Positions 38,618 to 48,028 of a stretch of 49,788 nucleotides of DNA are shown here, in pieces. Within the stretch, counting starts at the first letter, position 1. Every line of letters starts with the position of its first letter. The DNA comes from Tolypothrix carrinoi HA7290-LM1. Lineage in GTDB: Bacteria; Cyanobacteriota; Cyanobacteriia; Cyanobacteriales; Nostocaceae. The translations under genes were made by a program, and so were the position numbers. The stretch lies in the NCBI GenBank assembly GCA_019358935.1, contig JAHHIK010000061.1:1-49788 (forward strand), written 5' to 3'. The notes beneath the pieces were generated by a model that ran no database searches, was not told the origin of the DNA, and saw nothing but the letters and a program-made list of their open reading frames with translations.

Positions 38618-39355
38618 ATGAATATCAACACATCAGTTGCCCTTGTTACTGGAGCTAATCGCGGTATCGGTAAAGCATTTGTGGAAGCGTTACATCAAGC
38701 TGGTGCAAAACGCATATATGCAACCGCTCGCAATATTGATTCTCTTAAAGATATCGTCGCGATTGACCCAGAAAGAATTATTGCCTTAGCACTCGATATC
38801 ACCAATCCTGATTCTATTACAACTGCTGCCCAAAACTTACAAGATGTCAATTTGTTAATTAACAATGCAGGTGTGTTGGGTACGGGGGGATTTTTCAATT
38901 CCACTTCTTTAGAAACCGCACATTGGGAAATGGAAACCAACTACTTCGGCACGCTGTATATGATTCGCGCCTTTGCACCAATTTTAAAACGCAATGGTGG
39001 CGGTGCGATCGCTAATTTACTTTCCGTTGCTTCGGTTGTGAATGTGCCGGTGTTCGGTTCTTACAGTGCCTCGAAAGCTGCACTTTATTCTCTCACACAA
39101 GGAGCAAGAGCGGAACTTGCTCAACAAGGAACTTTGGTAGTGGGAATTTTCCCCGGACCTGTAGATACCGCAATGTCTGATGGTGTGCCTTTAGACAAGG
39201 TTCCCCCCAGTCAAATCGCCTTGGCTACATTGCAAGCTGTGGAGCAAAATATTGAAGATGTCAATCCAGACCCGGTGTCACAAGGGGTATTTGCAGGTAT
39301 TCGGCAAGACCCGAAAGCTGTGGAAAAACAGTTTGCGGGAATGTTACCTCAGTAA
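38618..39355 (+). CDS. SDR-family oxidoreductase
   Basis: TGANRGIG, NNAG, YSASK; start at MNINTS. Confidence 0.92.
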   Translation: MNINTSVALVTGANRGIGKAFVEALHQAGAKRIYATARNIDSLKDIVAIDPERIIALALDITNPDSITTAAQNLQDVNLLINNAGVLGTGGFFNSTSLETAHWEMETNYFGTLYMIRAFAPILKRNGGGAIANLLSVASVVNVPVFGSYSASKAALYSLTQGARAELAQQGTLVVGIFPGPVDTAMSDGVPLDKVPPSQIALATLQAVEQNIEDVNPDPVSQGVFAGIRQDPKAVEKQFAGMLPQ

Positions 39356-39399
39356 TTGTACTAAGTTATCACCAATTAAACTGAGTAGCGTTTTGACAA

Positions 39400-39465
39400 A
39401 CCTCTCCCACCCAACCTCCCTCTCCTGCGAGGAGAGGGAGGAGCAAGAGGTTTGGAGAGAGGTCA
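39400..39465. repeat. Palindromic dispersed repeat
   Basis: CCTCCCTCTCCT-GCG-AGGAGAGGGAGG within ACCTCTC...GAGAGGT. Confidence 0.65.
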
Positions 39466-39527
39466 GATTTATGCACATCAAACTCACGTTAGCGCTAACT
39501 ACAAAAATCAAACTAAAGGAGAATATC

Positions 39528-40205
39528 ATGTTAAAAGTTGCACTTGATGATTTTCGTGCTGAATTTCTCGAAAAATTCCCAAAGGAAAAAGCTGCTATTA
39601 TGCAACGCGCTACAGATGCGCTTGCTGTGGAATTTCAAACTAGACAATTGTTGCAAGTGGGAGATATAGCACCTGATTTTTATCTTTCTAATGCTGTGGG
39701 TAAAAAAATTCGTCTCAGCGAAAAGCTTAAGGAAGGTGCTGTAATTCTGACCTTTTATCGCGGTGGATGGTGTCCTTATTGTAATTTGGAACTGCGTGCA
39801 TATCAAAAAGTCCTACCTCAGATAGATGAATTGGGTGCTTCTTTGCTTGCGGTTTCTCCGCAAACACCGGATGCATCGCTGAGTACTGCTGAAAAAAATG
39901 ATTTGGAATTTGATGTTCTTAGCGATGTGGGGTCAAAAGTAGCAGAAGCTTATGGAATTGCTTTTACATTACCGGATGAGTTGAAGGCACTTTACATAGA
40001 ATTAGGTCATCCACTACCGGATACTAATGGTACTGATGACTGGATGCTACCAATTCCAGCTACTTTTGCGATCGCTCAAAATCAACGAGTTATTTTAGCA
40101 CATGTTGATGTTGATTATCGCGATCGCTTGGAACCATCTGAAGCAATTTCTGCGTTGCAAAAATTACTAATTCAAGCGGATCGGAGCGAAATTATATATT
40201 TTTGA
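39528..40205 (+). CDS. Peroxiredoxin-like AhpC/TSA family protein
   Basis: GDIAPDF, FYRGGWCPYCNLEL, LPIPATF; RBS AAGGAG before ATG 39528. Confidence 0.9.
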   Translation: MLKVALDDFRAEFLEKFPKEKAAIMQRATDALAVEFQTRQLLQVGDIAPDFYLSNAVGKKIRLSEKLKEGAVILTFYRGGWCPYCNLELRAYQKVLPQIDELGASLLAVSPQTPDASLSTAEKNDLEFDVLSDVGSKVAEAYGIAFTLPDELKALYIELGHPLPDTNGTDDWMLPIPATFAIAQNQRVILAHVDVDYRDRLEPSEAISALQKLLIQADRSEIIYF

Positions 40206-40330
40206 AACGCAGAGGATCGCGGAGGTTTCCGCAGAGGATCGCAGAGTTTTTAAGAGTTAGGAGTCAGAACAAGCGTACTGTGTGATTCTGACTCCTGGTT
40301 TTGGAGTGCGATCGCACTATCCAAAACTTT

Positions 40331-41350
40331 CTAACTCATTCCTAATACACTACCAAGCGATCGCGCCATATTTTTTGGTTGCATTGCATCCAATGCTGCG
40401 GTAGGTTCATAACCGCAGTGAACCATGCAATCTGCACACTTAGGATTGCCACTCTTGTGACCGTATTCACTCCAATCTGTTTTTTCTAGCAATTCTTTAA
40501 AGGTGCTGTAATAACCTTCATTTAGCAGATAACAAGGTTTTTGCCAACCGAGGACGCTGTAACTAGGACTACCCCAAGGTGTACATTCATAATCTTTCTC
40601 ACCTGTTAAGAAATCGAGAAAAAGCGGGTTGTGATTGAAGTCCCATTTTTTCTCACCTGCTTTGAAGGGTGCGAGAATTTCGCGGAAAAGAGTGCGTGTT
40701 TGTTCGCGTCCTAAAAAATGCTCTTGATCTGGCGCCCACTCGTAGCTGTAACCTGGAGAAATTGTCATCCCGTCAATATTCAACGTACCCAGAAAGTCAA
40801 AAAACTCCTGCGTTTGTTTGGGATCGACACCTTCAAAGATAGTCGTGTTAGTCGCAACCCGAAATCCTTTGGCTTTCGCAGCTTTGATCGCTTTCACAGC
40901 AGTATCAAAAACACCTTTGCGATCGACACATTGATCGTGCCATTCTCGCAATCCATCTAAATGTACAGTGAAGGTTAAATAAGGAGAAGGTTGAAATTTA
41001 TCCAGGCTTTTTTCTAACAACAAGCCATTAGTACATAGATAAATATACTTTTTGCGCTCAATTAATCCCTTGACAATTTCACCAATTTGCGGATGTAATA
41101 GCGGTTCTCCCCCTGGAATCGAGACAACCGGCGCCCCGCATTCTTCCACTGCTTTGAAACATTGTTCGGGGGTGAGGTTTTGCTTGAGTATGTCTGTGGG
41201 ATGTTGAATTTTACCGCAACCTGTACAAGCTAAGTTGCAACGAAATAAAGGTTCTAACATTAAGACTAAAGGGAAGCGTTTGCGTCCTAACAGACGCTGG
41301 GTTACGAGATACTTCCCGATATCCATTGCTTGTTGTAAATTTATTGTCAT
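40331..41350 (-). CDS. hpnH: Adenosyl-hopene transferase (radical SAM) HpnH
   Basis: [45 protein letters not shown]; start at MTINLQQ (upstream extension is STRR). Confidence 0.93.
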   Translation of the reverse strand: MTINLQQAMDIGKYLVTQRLLGRKRFPLVLMLEPLFRCNLACTGCGKIQHPTDILKQNLTPEQCFKAVEECGAPVVSIPGGEPLLHPQIGEIVKGLIERKKYIYLCTNGLLLEKSLDKFQPSPYLTFTVHLDGLREWHDQCVDRKGVFDTAVKAIKAAKAKGFRVATNTTIFEGVDPKQTQEFFDFLGTLNIDGMTISPGYSYEWAPDQEHFLGREQTRTLFREILAPFKAGEKKWDFNHNPLFLDFLTGEKDYECTPWGSPSYSVLGWQKPCYLLNEGYYSTFKELLEKTDWSEYGHKSGNPKCADCMVHCGYEPTAALDAMQPKNMARSLGSVLGMS

Positions 41351-41389
41351 TTCTCGTATCACTCCTCGGATAAAAATATTACTAAAATT

Positions 41390-41719
41390 TGATAGTTGTT
41401 GGTTGATAGTTGATAGTTGATGGTTGATGGTTGATGGTGAGTCAGTGCGTTGGGCGGGTTTCCCGACTTGAAGCATCTGACGAACCCGAAGGGTTGATGG
41501 TTGTTGGTTGATAGTTGATGGTTGTTGGTTGATAGTTGTTAGTTGTTGGTTGATAGTTGTCAAAAGTTACCACTAACCACTACCCACTAACCACTAACCA
41601 CCAACCACTAACAACTACCCACTAACCACTAACCACTAACCACCAACCACTAACAACTACCCACTACCCACTACCCACTAACAACGCTCCCACTATCCAC
41701 TAACAACTACCCACTAACT
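41390..41719. repeat. Inverted STRR pair with an embedded SDR5-like element at 41436-41494
   Basis: (GGTTGAT/TAGTTG)n then (CACTAAC/CACTACC)n; element GAGTCAGTGCGTTGGGCGGGTTTCCCGACTTGAAGCATCTGACGAACCCGAAGGGT. Confidence 0.88.
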
Positions 41720-42721
41720 CTAATTCACGTATCTGTGAGAGACAAACCAGTTTACAGCATCTTTGAGTGCGGTATTCAAAGATGATTGAGGTAAGTTTAA
41801 TTCTCGTACTGCTTTTGATGCATTGTAGTACATGCGTTGCTTTGCCATGCGGACACCATCTAGGGGAACGGAAGGCTGTTTACCTAAAGGTGCGAGAATT
41901 TTTTCATCAACCCAAGCGACACTTAAAGGTAGCCAAGCTGGTACAGTTCGTTGAGGTGCGCTTAAACCTGTAATTTGCGCTAGTTCGTCGAGTAGTTCTT
42001 TTAAGGTGAGGTTTTGATGTCCTAAAATATAGCGATCGCCTGATTTTCCTTTTTGCAATGCGAGTAAATGTCCCCATGCTACATCGCGCACATCAATAAA
42101 ATTTAAACCTGTATTTAAATATGCCGGCATTTGACGCCGTAAAAACCGCAGAATAATATCTCCTGTTGGCGTTGGTTTGATATCCAACGGTCCAATCGGA
42201 CTGCTAGGATTAACTATAACCACCTCCTGACCTCTACTAGCTGCTTGCATCGCTTCTTGTTCAGCTAGGAATTTAGACTTCTTATAGTCTCCAACAAGTT
42301 CCTCTACAGGACTTTGATAAGTTTCATCAACAACTCGATCGAATTTACCCGCACCGATCGCTGCCACCGAACTAGTATAAACAGTACGTTCAATACCTGC
42401 TTTTTTTGCTGCGGCTAAAACATTGCGCGTCCCTAATACATTATTCTGATATAATGCATCTTTATCTTTTTGCCAAAGTGAATAATGAGCAGCGACATGA
42501 AAAAGATACTGACAACCTTGCATTTGCTGCCATAAATTAAAGTCGTTTAAATCACCTTTGACAACTTCTACATCCAGTCCTTGAAGATTTCCCAAGTTAC
42601 TGTTCGGACGCACCAGCGCTTTCACAGAGTATCCCTCTTCTAACAGCAACCGCAGCAAATTTGCACCAACAAAACCCGTACCACCTGTAACAAAAACACT
42701 CTTTGAATTTAGATTTTGCAT
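41720..42721 (-). CDS. hpnA: Hopanoid-associated NAD-dependent epimerase/dehydratase
   Basis: TGGTGFVG, FHVAAHYSLW, YKKSK, DIKPTPTG; directly upstream of hpnH. Confidence 0.9.
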   Translation of the reverse strand: MQNLNSKSVFVTGGTGFVGANLLRLLLEEGYSVKALVRPNSNLGNLQGLDVEVVKGDLNDFNLWQQMQGCQYLFHVAAHYSLWQKDKDALYQNNVLGTRNVLAAAKKAGIERTVYTSSVAAIGAGKFDRVVDETYQSPVEELVGDYKKSKFLAEQEAMQAASRGQEVVIVNPSSPIGPLDIKPTPTGDIILRFLRRQMPAYLNTGLNFIDVRDVAWGHLLALQKGKSGDRYILGHQNLTLKELLDELAQITGLSAPQRTVPAWLPLSVAWVDEKILAPLGKQPSVPLDGVRMAKQRMYYNASKAVRELNLPQSSLNTALKDAVNWFVSHRYVN

Positions 42722-42751
42722 TTTTAACCGCAGATGAACGCAGATGAACGC

Positions 42752-42926
42752 GGATAGTTCTATAAATTACTTATATTCTTATTCTTTGCGCCTTAGCGCC
42801 TTTGCGTGAGGCTGATTCATATTAAGATTTTTTGCGTGGATAGTTCTATAAATTACTTATATTCTTATTCTTTGCGCCTTAGCGCCTTTGCGTGAGGCTG
42901 ATTCATATTAAGATTTTTTGCGTGGA
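42752..42926. repeat. 86-bp perfect tandem duplication including the last codons of the RND gene
   Basis: 42752-42837 is identical to 42838-42923. Confidence 0.93.
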
Positions 42927-45574
42927 AACAAATCATCCATCAGAGTGTAAAGCACCGGCACAACAATCAAACTTAATACAGTAGAACTAATTAACCCCCC
43001 AGCGATCGCAACAGCCATTGGCGATCGCAATTCTGAACCTGCACCCAATCCTAAAGCGATCGGTACCATCCCTAAAATTGTCGCCGCAGTGGTCATCATA
43101 ATTGGTCGCAGGCGCACGGGTCCTGCTTTGAGGATTGCGGCTGTGCGGTTTAAGCCGGTGTCGCGCAATTGGTTAATATAATCTACAATCAGAATGGCAT
43201 TTTTATTGCTGATTCCCAGCAAAAAGACAAAGCCGATTAGCGAAATCATCCCAAAATCGCTTTTAGTTATCAGTAACGCCAATAAAGCACCGACAATCGC
43301 TAAAGGCAAAGAAACGCCAATTACTAACGGATCTACCCAGCCTTTAAACAGCCAAATCAATACCGCGATAATGCACAACGCTGACAAACCCAAAGTTGTG
43401 CCGAAACTGCTAATAACTGTGTTAACGCTGGCAGAATCTCCTCCCAAATCTAAAGTAACACCTGGAGGAATCACCGATTTAGCTGTTGCTACTAATTTAT
43501 CAGTTGCATCACCCAAAGATAATTCTTTACCCAGATTCGCACTGATATAAGTTACCCGCTGATTATTCAAACGCTCAATTTGAAAGATTGTATCCTGGGT
43601 TGTTTCACCTGTTACTGTGACATCTGCAAATCCCGGTATTTTCACTATCTTGTCTTTAATCGCTTTTGCGGCTGTATTCAAAGCTTTCAAATCATTGCCT
43701 TGCAATGCGACTTGTAGCGGTTTTTGACCACCACTATCGACAAATGGAATATCTTCCACGCTGGTAGTCACGCCGGCAAGATTTGGCAAAGAGGTACGAA
43801 ATTGCTCTTGCAATTCTAAAGTGGCGATCGCACGCTTATCTTTTAGTTTAATATAAAGTGTACCTTTATTCGGCTCACCTTCGCGAGAACCGACGGTAGT
43901 AAATACCGTTTCCACTGCTGGGGATTTTCTGACTACTTCTTCTAGTTTCTTGGCAACTTCGAGAGAATCATTTAAAGGGTTGGAAATTGCCGATCGCGAA
44001 TCAAAAACTGGAGATTGTTCTTCACCTAACAAGCTTCCTAACAGTTCGTTTCCTTGCTTTTCTAATTCCGATACATTTGGCAAAGGAGCGGTATAAACAA
44101 TATTAAACTCACCGCGATCTAGTTTAGGAATAAATCCTTTGGGAATCAGGGGAATCAACGCAATCCCTGCAATCAAGCTGAGTGCAGCTAAACCCATAAC
44201 AATCCGGCGATGGTTTAAAGACCAACCAAGTAAATCGCGGTACAATCGGTTAAAACTTGCACCGATGTTGCTAGTTTGCCGAGGAGGACGCGAAAATGTC
44301 GGTTTTAGCCAGTAAAGAGCCAAAACTGGGGATAAAGTACGCGCTACCAGCAAAGAAGTTAGCATTGCTGCGGAAACAGTGATACCAAAAGGTTTGAAAA
44401 ATTGACCGATCGCTCCACCCATCAAACCTATTGGCAGAAAAACTGCTACAGCTGTAAAGGTGGCAGCGGTGACTGTCAAACCAATTTCATTTGTAGCTAA
44501 AAGTGCTGCTTGACGAGGACTTTCACCATCTTGGATGTGTCGCATGATGTTTTCTACATCAACGATCGCATCATCAACTATACTACCAATTACCAAAGCT
44601 AAAGCTAACAGCGTAATCGTCTCTAAATTAAAGCCAAACAAAGCCATGACAATAAACGTTCCCAACATAGAAACGGGAATCGCTAATGCGGATATGAAGG
44701 TAGCTTGCCAATTCCATAAAAAAGGAAATATGACAACTACCGATAGAGCGATCGCTTCAATTAACGCATCTATTGTTGATTGGGTAGCATTGCGGATATA
44801 CTCTGCTTGGGTGGCTGCTAAGGTAAGTTTGACATCTTTGAGAGTTGATTGCAGTTTTTGGACTTCTTTTTCTACAAGACTTACAACTTCTAAAGTGTTG
44901 GCATCACCGCGTTTGATGACTTGAAATGCTAAAGCGTCTTTACCATTAAATCTAACTAATGTCGCTCCAAGTGTTGGTATAGATGCTTCTGGAGTAACAT
45001 CGACAGGTGCGCCTAATAAAGAGACTTTTAAGACTCCTGGGAGATTAGCGATCGCACTCACAATCTGCTCTTTAGTAAGTTTAGCTAAATCCGTCAAATT
45101 GCGATCGTCACTTTCAACAGCATAACTAATCGCTGCCGACTCATTCAAATTTAAAGGAATAACTTTATAACTTGCTCCCTCAGTCAGACTTACTTGCTTG
45201 AGTCTAGTTTCGACTTCGTTCGTCGATTTTTCCAAATTCGTACCGACATCAAAAGACAAGCTCACCACACTTTGACCAGGATATGACGATGAGCGAATAT
45301 CATCAAGTCCGGGAAGCTCACGCAAACGCATTTCCAGAGGTTGAGTTAACTTAGCTTCGGTATCCAAAGCCGTTGTTAGCGGTGCAGAAGCATTCACCAC
45401 AACCACCGGAAAAGTAACATCAGGAAACAAAGCATATTTGAGAGAACTGAAAGCCAAAAGTCCAGCTACCGTCACCGCAATCCAAAACGAGAGCGTCACC
45501 CACGAAAATTGAATCGCTAACTTAGAAATATTAAACCGCTCTCGTGCGGATTTTGAGTTATTAGGCTTCACCAT
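42908..45574 (-). CDS. AcrB/RND-family permease, short form (888 aa)
   Basis: IVDDAIV, KNAILIVD, RLRPIMMT, P.A.AI.GGL. Confidence 0.9.
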   Translation of the reverse strand: MVKPNNSKSARERFNISKLAIQFSWVTLSFWIAVTVAGLLAFSSLKYALFPDVTFPVVVVNASAPLTTALDTEAKLTQPLEMRLRELPGLDDIRSSSYPGQSVVSLSFDVGTNLEKSTNEVETRLKQVSLTEGASYKVIPLNLNESAAISYAVESDDRNLTDLAKLTKEQIVSAIANLPGVLKVSLLGAPVDVTPEASIPTLGATLVRFNGKDALAFQVIKRGDANTLEVVSLVEKEVQKLQSTLKDVKLTLAATQAEYIRNATQSTIDALIEAIALSVVVIFPFLWNWQATFISALAIPVSMLGTFIVMALFGFNLETITLLALALVIGSIVDDAIVDVENIMRHIQDGESPRQAALLATNEIGLTVTAATFTAVAVFLPIGLMGGAIGQFFKPFGITVSAAMLTSLLVARTLSPVLALYWLKPTFSRPPRQTSNIGASFNRLYRDLLGWSLNHRRIVMGLAALSLIAGIALIPLIPKGFIPKLDRGEFNIVYTAPLPNVSELEKQGNELLGSLLGEEQSPVFDSRSAISNPLNDSLEVAKKLEEVVRKSPAVETVFTTVGSREGEPNKGTLYIKLKDKRAIATLELQEQFRTSLPNLAGVTTSVEDIPFVDSGGQKPLQVALQGNDLKALNTAAKAIKDKIVKIPGFADVTVTGETTQDTIFQIERLNNQRVTYISANLGKELSLGDATDKLVATAKSVIPPGVTLDLGGDSASVNTVISSFGTTLGLSALCIIAVLIWLFKGWVDPLVIGVSLPLAIVGALLALLITKSDFGMISLIGFVFLLGISNKNAILIVDYINQLRDTGLNRTAAILKAGPVRLRPIMMTTAATILGMVPIALGLGAGSELRSPMAVAIAGGLISSTVLSLIVVPVLYTLMDDLFPRKKS

Positions 45575-45706
45575 CTGGGAAAATCATCATGCGGGCGAAT
45601 TATTAGTCATGGTACATTAATCATCTCAGGAATGCGAATTTAGCTTATCCGCGATTGGGGATAAGCTATTCAAAATTAGGGATTAGTAGTTGAAAATTAT
45701 TTTCCC

Positions 45707-46405
45707 ATGCTCAATGCCCCATGCCCAATGCCCAATGACCCATTTCCCATAATTCTGGTTCCTCAAGGAGCAGAGTATAAGGCTGTGTGTCGTGGTTTAA
45801 CCTCGAAACAAAGTGTAATACCGATTCCTGTGGGTAGTCAGGCTGTAAGCAGATATTTGCAAACTTGTCAAGATAAATTGTGGAATCCCCAGGCAAAAGT
45901 TCTGGTGATGGGTTTATGTGGCAGCTTGCGCGATCGCTTCCAAGTAGGCGATATTGTGTTATATGAAGAATGTGTATATGAAACGAAAGTGCAGCAGTGC
46001 GATCGCGAATTCACAGCAGAACTTGACGCACATCTTCAAGATAAGGTTTCTTTGGTGAAGGGGTTAACAAGCGATCGCGTAATTTGTTCTGCTAAAGAAA
46101 AGCTGCATTTTAGCAAAATATCCGGTGCTGATGTTGTTGACATGGAAGGCTTTGCAGCTTTAGAGTTTTTTCAGCAAGCAGGTGTAGAAGTGGCAATGCT
46201 GCGAGTAGTCAGCGATGACTCTAAGCATGATATACCTGATTTAACATCAGCAATAAATTCTGATGGTTCGCTTCAACCTTTGCCTTTAGCTATAAGCATG
46301 ATTCGTCAACCTATCGCTGCTACTCGCTTAATTAAAGGTTCCCTGCGAGGTTTAAAAGTATTGGAAGAAGTTACAGCATTTCTCTTTCCCAAACATAATG
46401 TATAA
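45707..46405 (+). CDS. Nucleoside phosphorylase-family protein (HpnG-like)
   Basis: GLCGSL..F.VGD, VVDMEG, LRVVSD; next to hpn genes. Confidence 0.75.
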   Translation: MLNAPCPMPNDPFPIILVPQGAEYKAVCRGLTSKQSVIPIPVGSQAVSRYLQTCQDKLWNPQAKVLVMGLCGSLRDRFQVGDIVLYEECVYETKVQQCDREFTAELDAHLQDKVSLVKGLTSDRVICSAKEKLHFSKISGADVVDMEGFAALEFFQQAGVEVAMLRVVSDDSKHDIPDLTSAINSDGSLQPLPLAISMIRQPIAATRLIKGSLRGLKVLEEVTAFLFPKHNV

Positions 46406-46454
46406 ATAAATATCCGCGTGTATCCGCTACAGGGTGCGGTTAAAAATCAAAAAA

Positions 46455-46836
46455 GAGTCTTTGAACCTCATTAATGAGTCTTTGAACCTCATTAAAGAGT
46501 CTTTTAACCTCATTAATGAGTCTTTTAACCTCATTAATGAGTATCAGAACCTCATTAAAGAGTCTTTTAACCTCATTAATGAGTCTTTGAACCTCATTAA
46601 TGAGTATCAGAACCTCATTAAAGAGTCTTTGAACCTCTTTAATGAGTATCAGAACCTCATTAAAGAGTATCAGAACCTCATTAAAGAGTATCAGAACCTC
46701 ATTAAAGAGTCTTTGAGGGAGATTCATCAGTCTTTGAGATAGATTCATCAGTCTTTAAGGGAGATTCATCAGTCTTTAAGGGAGATTCATCAGTCTTTGA
46801 GATAGATTCATCAGTCTTTGAGATAGATTCATCAGT
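46455..46836. repeat. 21-bp tandem array: 12 units of type A, then 6 units of type B in the same register
   Basis: A = GAGT(CTTTG/CTTTT/ATCAG)AACCTCATTAA(T/A); B = CAGTCTTT(G/A)AG(AT/GG)AGATTCAT. Confidence 0.93.
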
Positions 46837-46868
46837 AGGGTGCGTTACGGCGTTTTGCCTAACGCACC
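46835..46868. repeat. GTAG-type REP-like palindrome
   Basis: GTAG-GGTGCGTTA...TAACGCACC. Confidence 0.75.
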
Positions 46869-46924
46869 GCGATATAATAAACAAAGGAAGTTAACGCGCT
46901 CGTGTACGGCATCCTAGTTCTTTG

Positions 46925-47992
46925 TTAAATAATCTGTTTCACAACCAAAAGAAAGCGTTCCATATCAGCATAAGTAATCGCTCCCATTGTCGAGACTCGA
47001 AAGATAGATTTTGCTAAATCCCCTTGTCCAGAATAAATCACATAGCCTTGTGCTTTCAATTTGTCGTGAAACTCTTCATAACTAAAGCCCTCTGGGAGAT
47101 AATAAGCATTTAGCACGACGGATGAATTTTCTGGAGGAAGCAACGGTTGAATTCCCATTTCTGCTAAACCGTTTCTTACCAAGTTGGCGAGTTTGGTATA
47201 ATGTGCATGTCTTGCACGCCAACCTCCTGCATCATCCATTTCTTGCAAAGCTTCGGCTAAAGCGTAAAATGTCTGTACTGATTGAGTGAAAGGAGTACCC
47301 CCACAATCTTGCTGCTGACAATAAGTAGCCAAATCTAAATATAAAGTGCGCTGAATTGTGTCTGCTGTTAACGCATCCCGTCGCACGATGACAAAAGCGG
47401 TTCCGGGAACACCATGCAAACATTTATTTGCTGTGGCAGCACAAGCAGTGATTCCCCAATCGGCAAAGTTGATTTCTTCAGCCCCGAAACTGCTAACCGC
47501 ATCTACCAAAAGTTGGATGTTGCGTTGCTGACAAATTGCCGCAAGTTCAGCCAAGTTATTCAAGCGACCGGTTGTAGTTTCGTGATGGACGACAGCGAGG
47601 TGGGTTACATCGTCAGTTTCATTTAAAAGTGCTAGCAAAGCTTTGATGTCTATTTCACCACCCCAAGGATGCTGGAGTCTGGTGTAATTAATCCTGTAGA
47701 TTTTGGCAATTTTGGCGATTCGTTCCCCATAAACGCCGTTTTCAATCACCAGTAGCTTGCCGTTTTCTGGTACTAAACTTGTTATCATCGCTTCCATCGC
47801 TGCTGTACCGGAACCGGTAAGCAAAACTGCGGCAAAGCGATCGCCTCCCAACTGATAAACTTGAAGTAATTGTTCGCGGATTCTGCTTTGAAGTTGGGAA
47901 AATTCAACTTCACGGTGACACAAATCAGGACGCAACAGCGCATTTCTGACGCGATCGCTAAGATTAACCGGACCCGGATTGAGTAAAATCAT
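46925..47992 (-). CDS. aepZ: 2-aminoethylphosphonate aminotransferase (PhnW/AepZ family, biosynthetic context)
   Basis: LLNPGPV, GSGTAAME, NGVYGER, HHETTTG, VDAVSSFG, TANKCLHGVPG (PLP Lys), PFT. Confidence 0.88.
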   Translation of the reverse strand: MILLNPGPVNLSDRVRNALLRPDLCHREVEFSQLQSRIREQLLQVYQLGGDRFAAVLLTGSGTAAMEAMITSLVPENGKLLVIENGVYGERIAKIAKIYRINYTRLQHPWGGEIDIKALLALLNETDDVTHLAVVHHETTTGRLNNLAELAAICQQRNIQLLVDAVSSFGAEEINFADWGITACAATANKCLHGVPGTAFVIVRRDALTADTIQRTLYLDLATYCQQQDCGGTPFTQSVQTFYALAEALQEMDDAGGWRARHAHYTKLANLVRNGLAEMGIQPLLPPENSSVVLNAYYLPEGFSYEEFHDKLKAQGYVIYSGQGDLAKSIFRVSTMGAITYADMERFLLVVKQII

Positions 47993-48028
47993 TACTGGGG
48001 AGTGGGGAGTGGGGAGTTGGGAGTGCGT

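Noticed and set aside
46434..46884. CRISPR array or confirmed coiled-coil genes
   Set aside because: Units are contiguous 21-mers without unique spacers and no cas genes are present; the ORFs lack RBS support, so it is kept only as a repeat finding.
46925..47992. Catabolic phnW-phnX phosphonate degradation operon
   Set aside because: No phosphonatase or transporter nearby; the gene follows phosphonopyruvate decarboxylase, which indicates biosynthesis.
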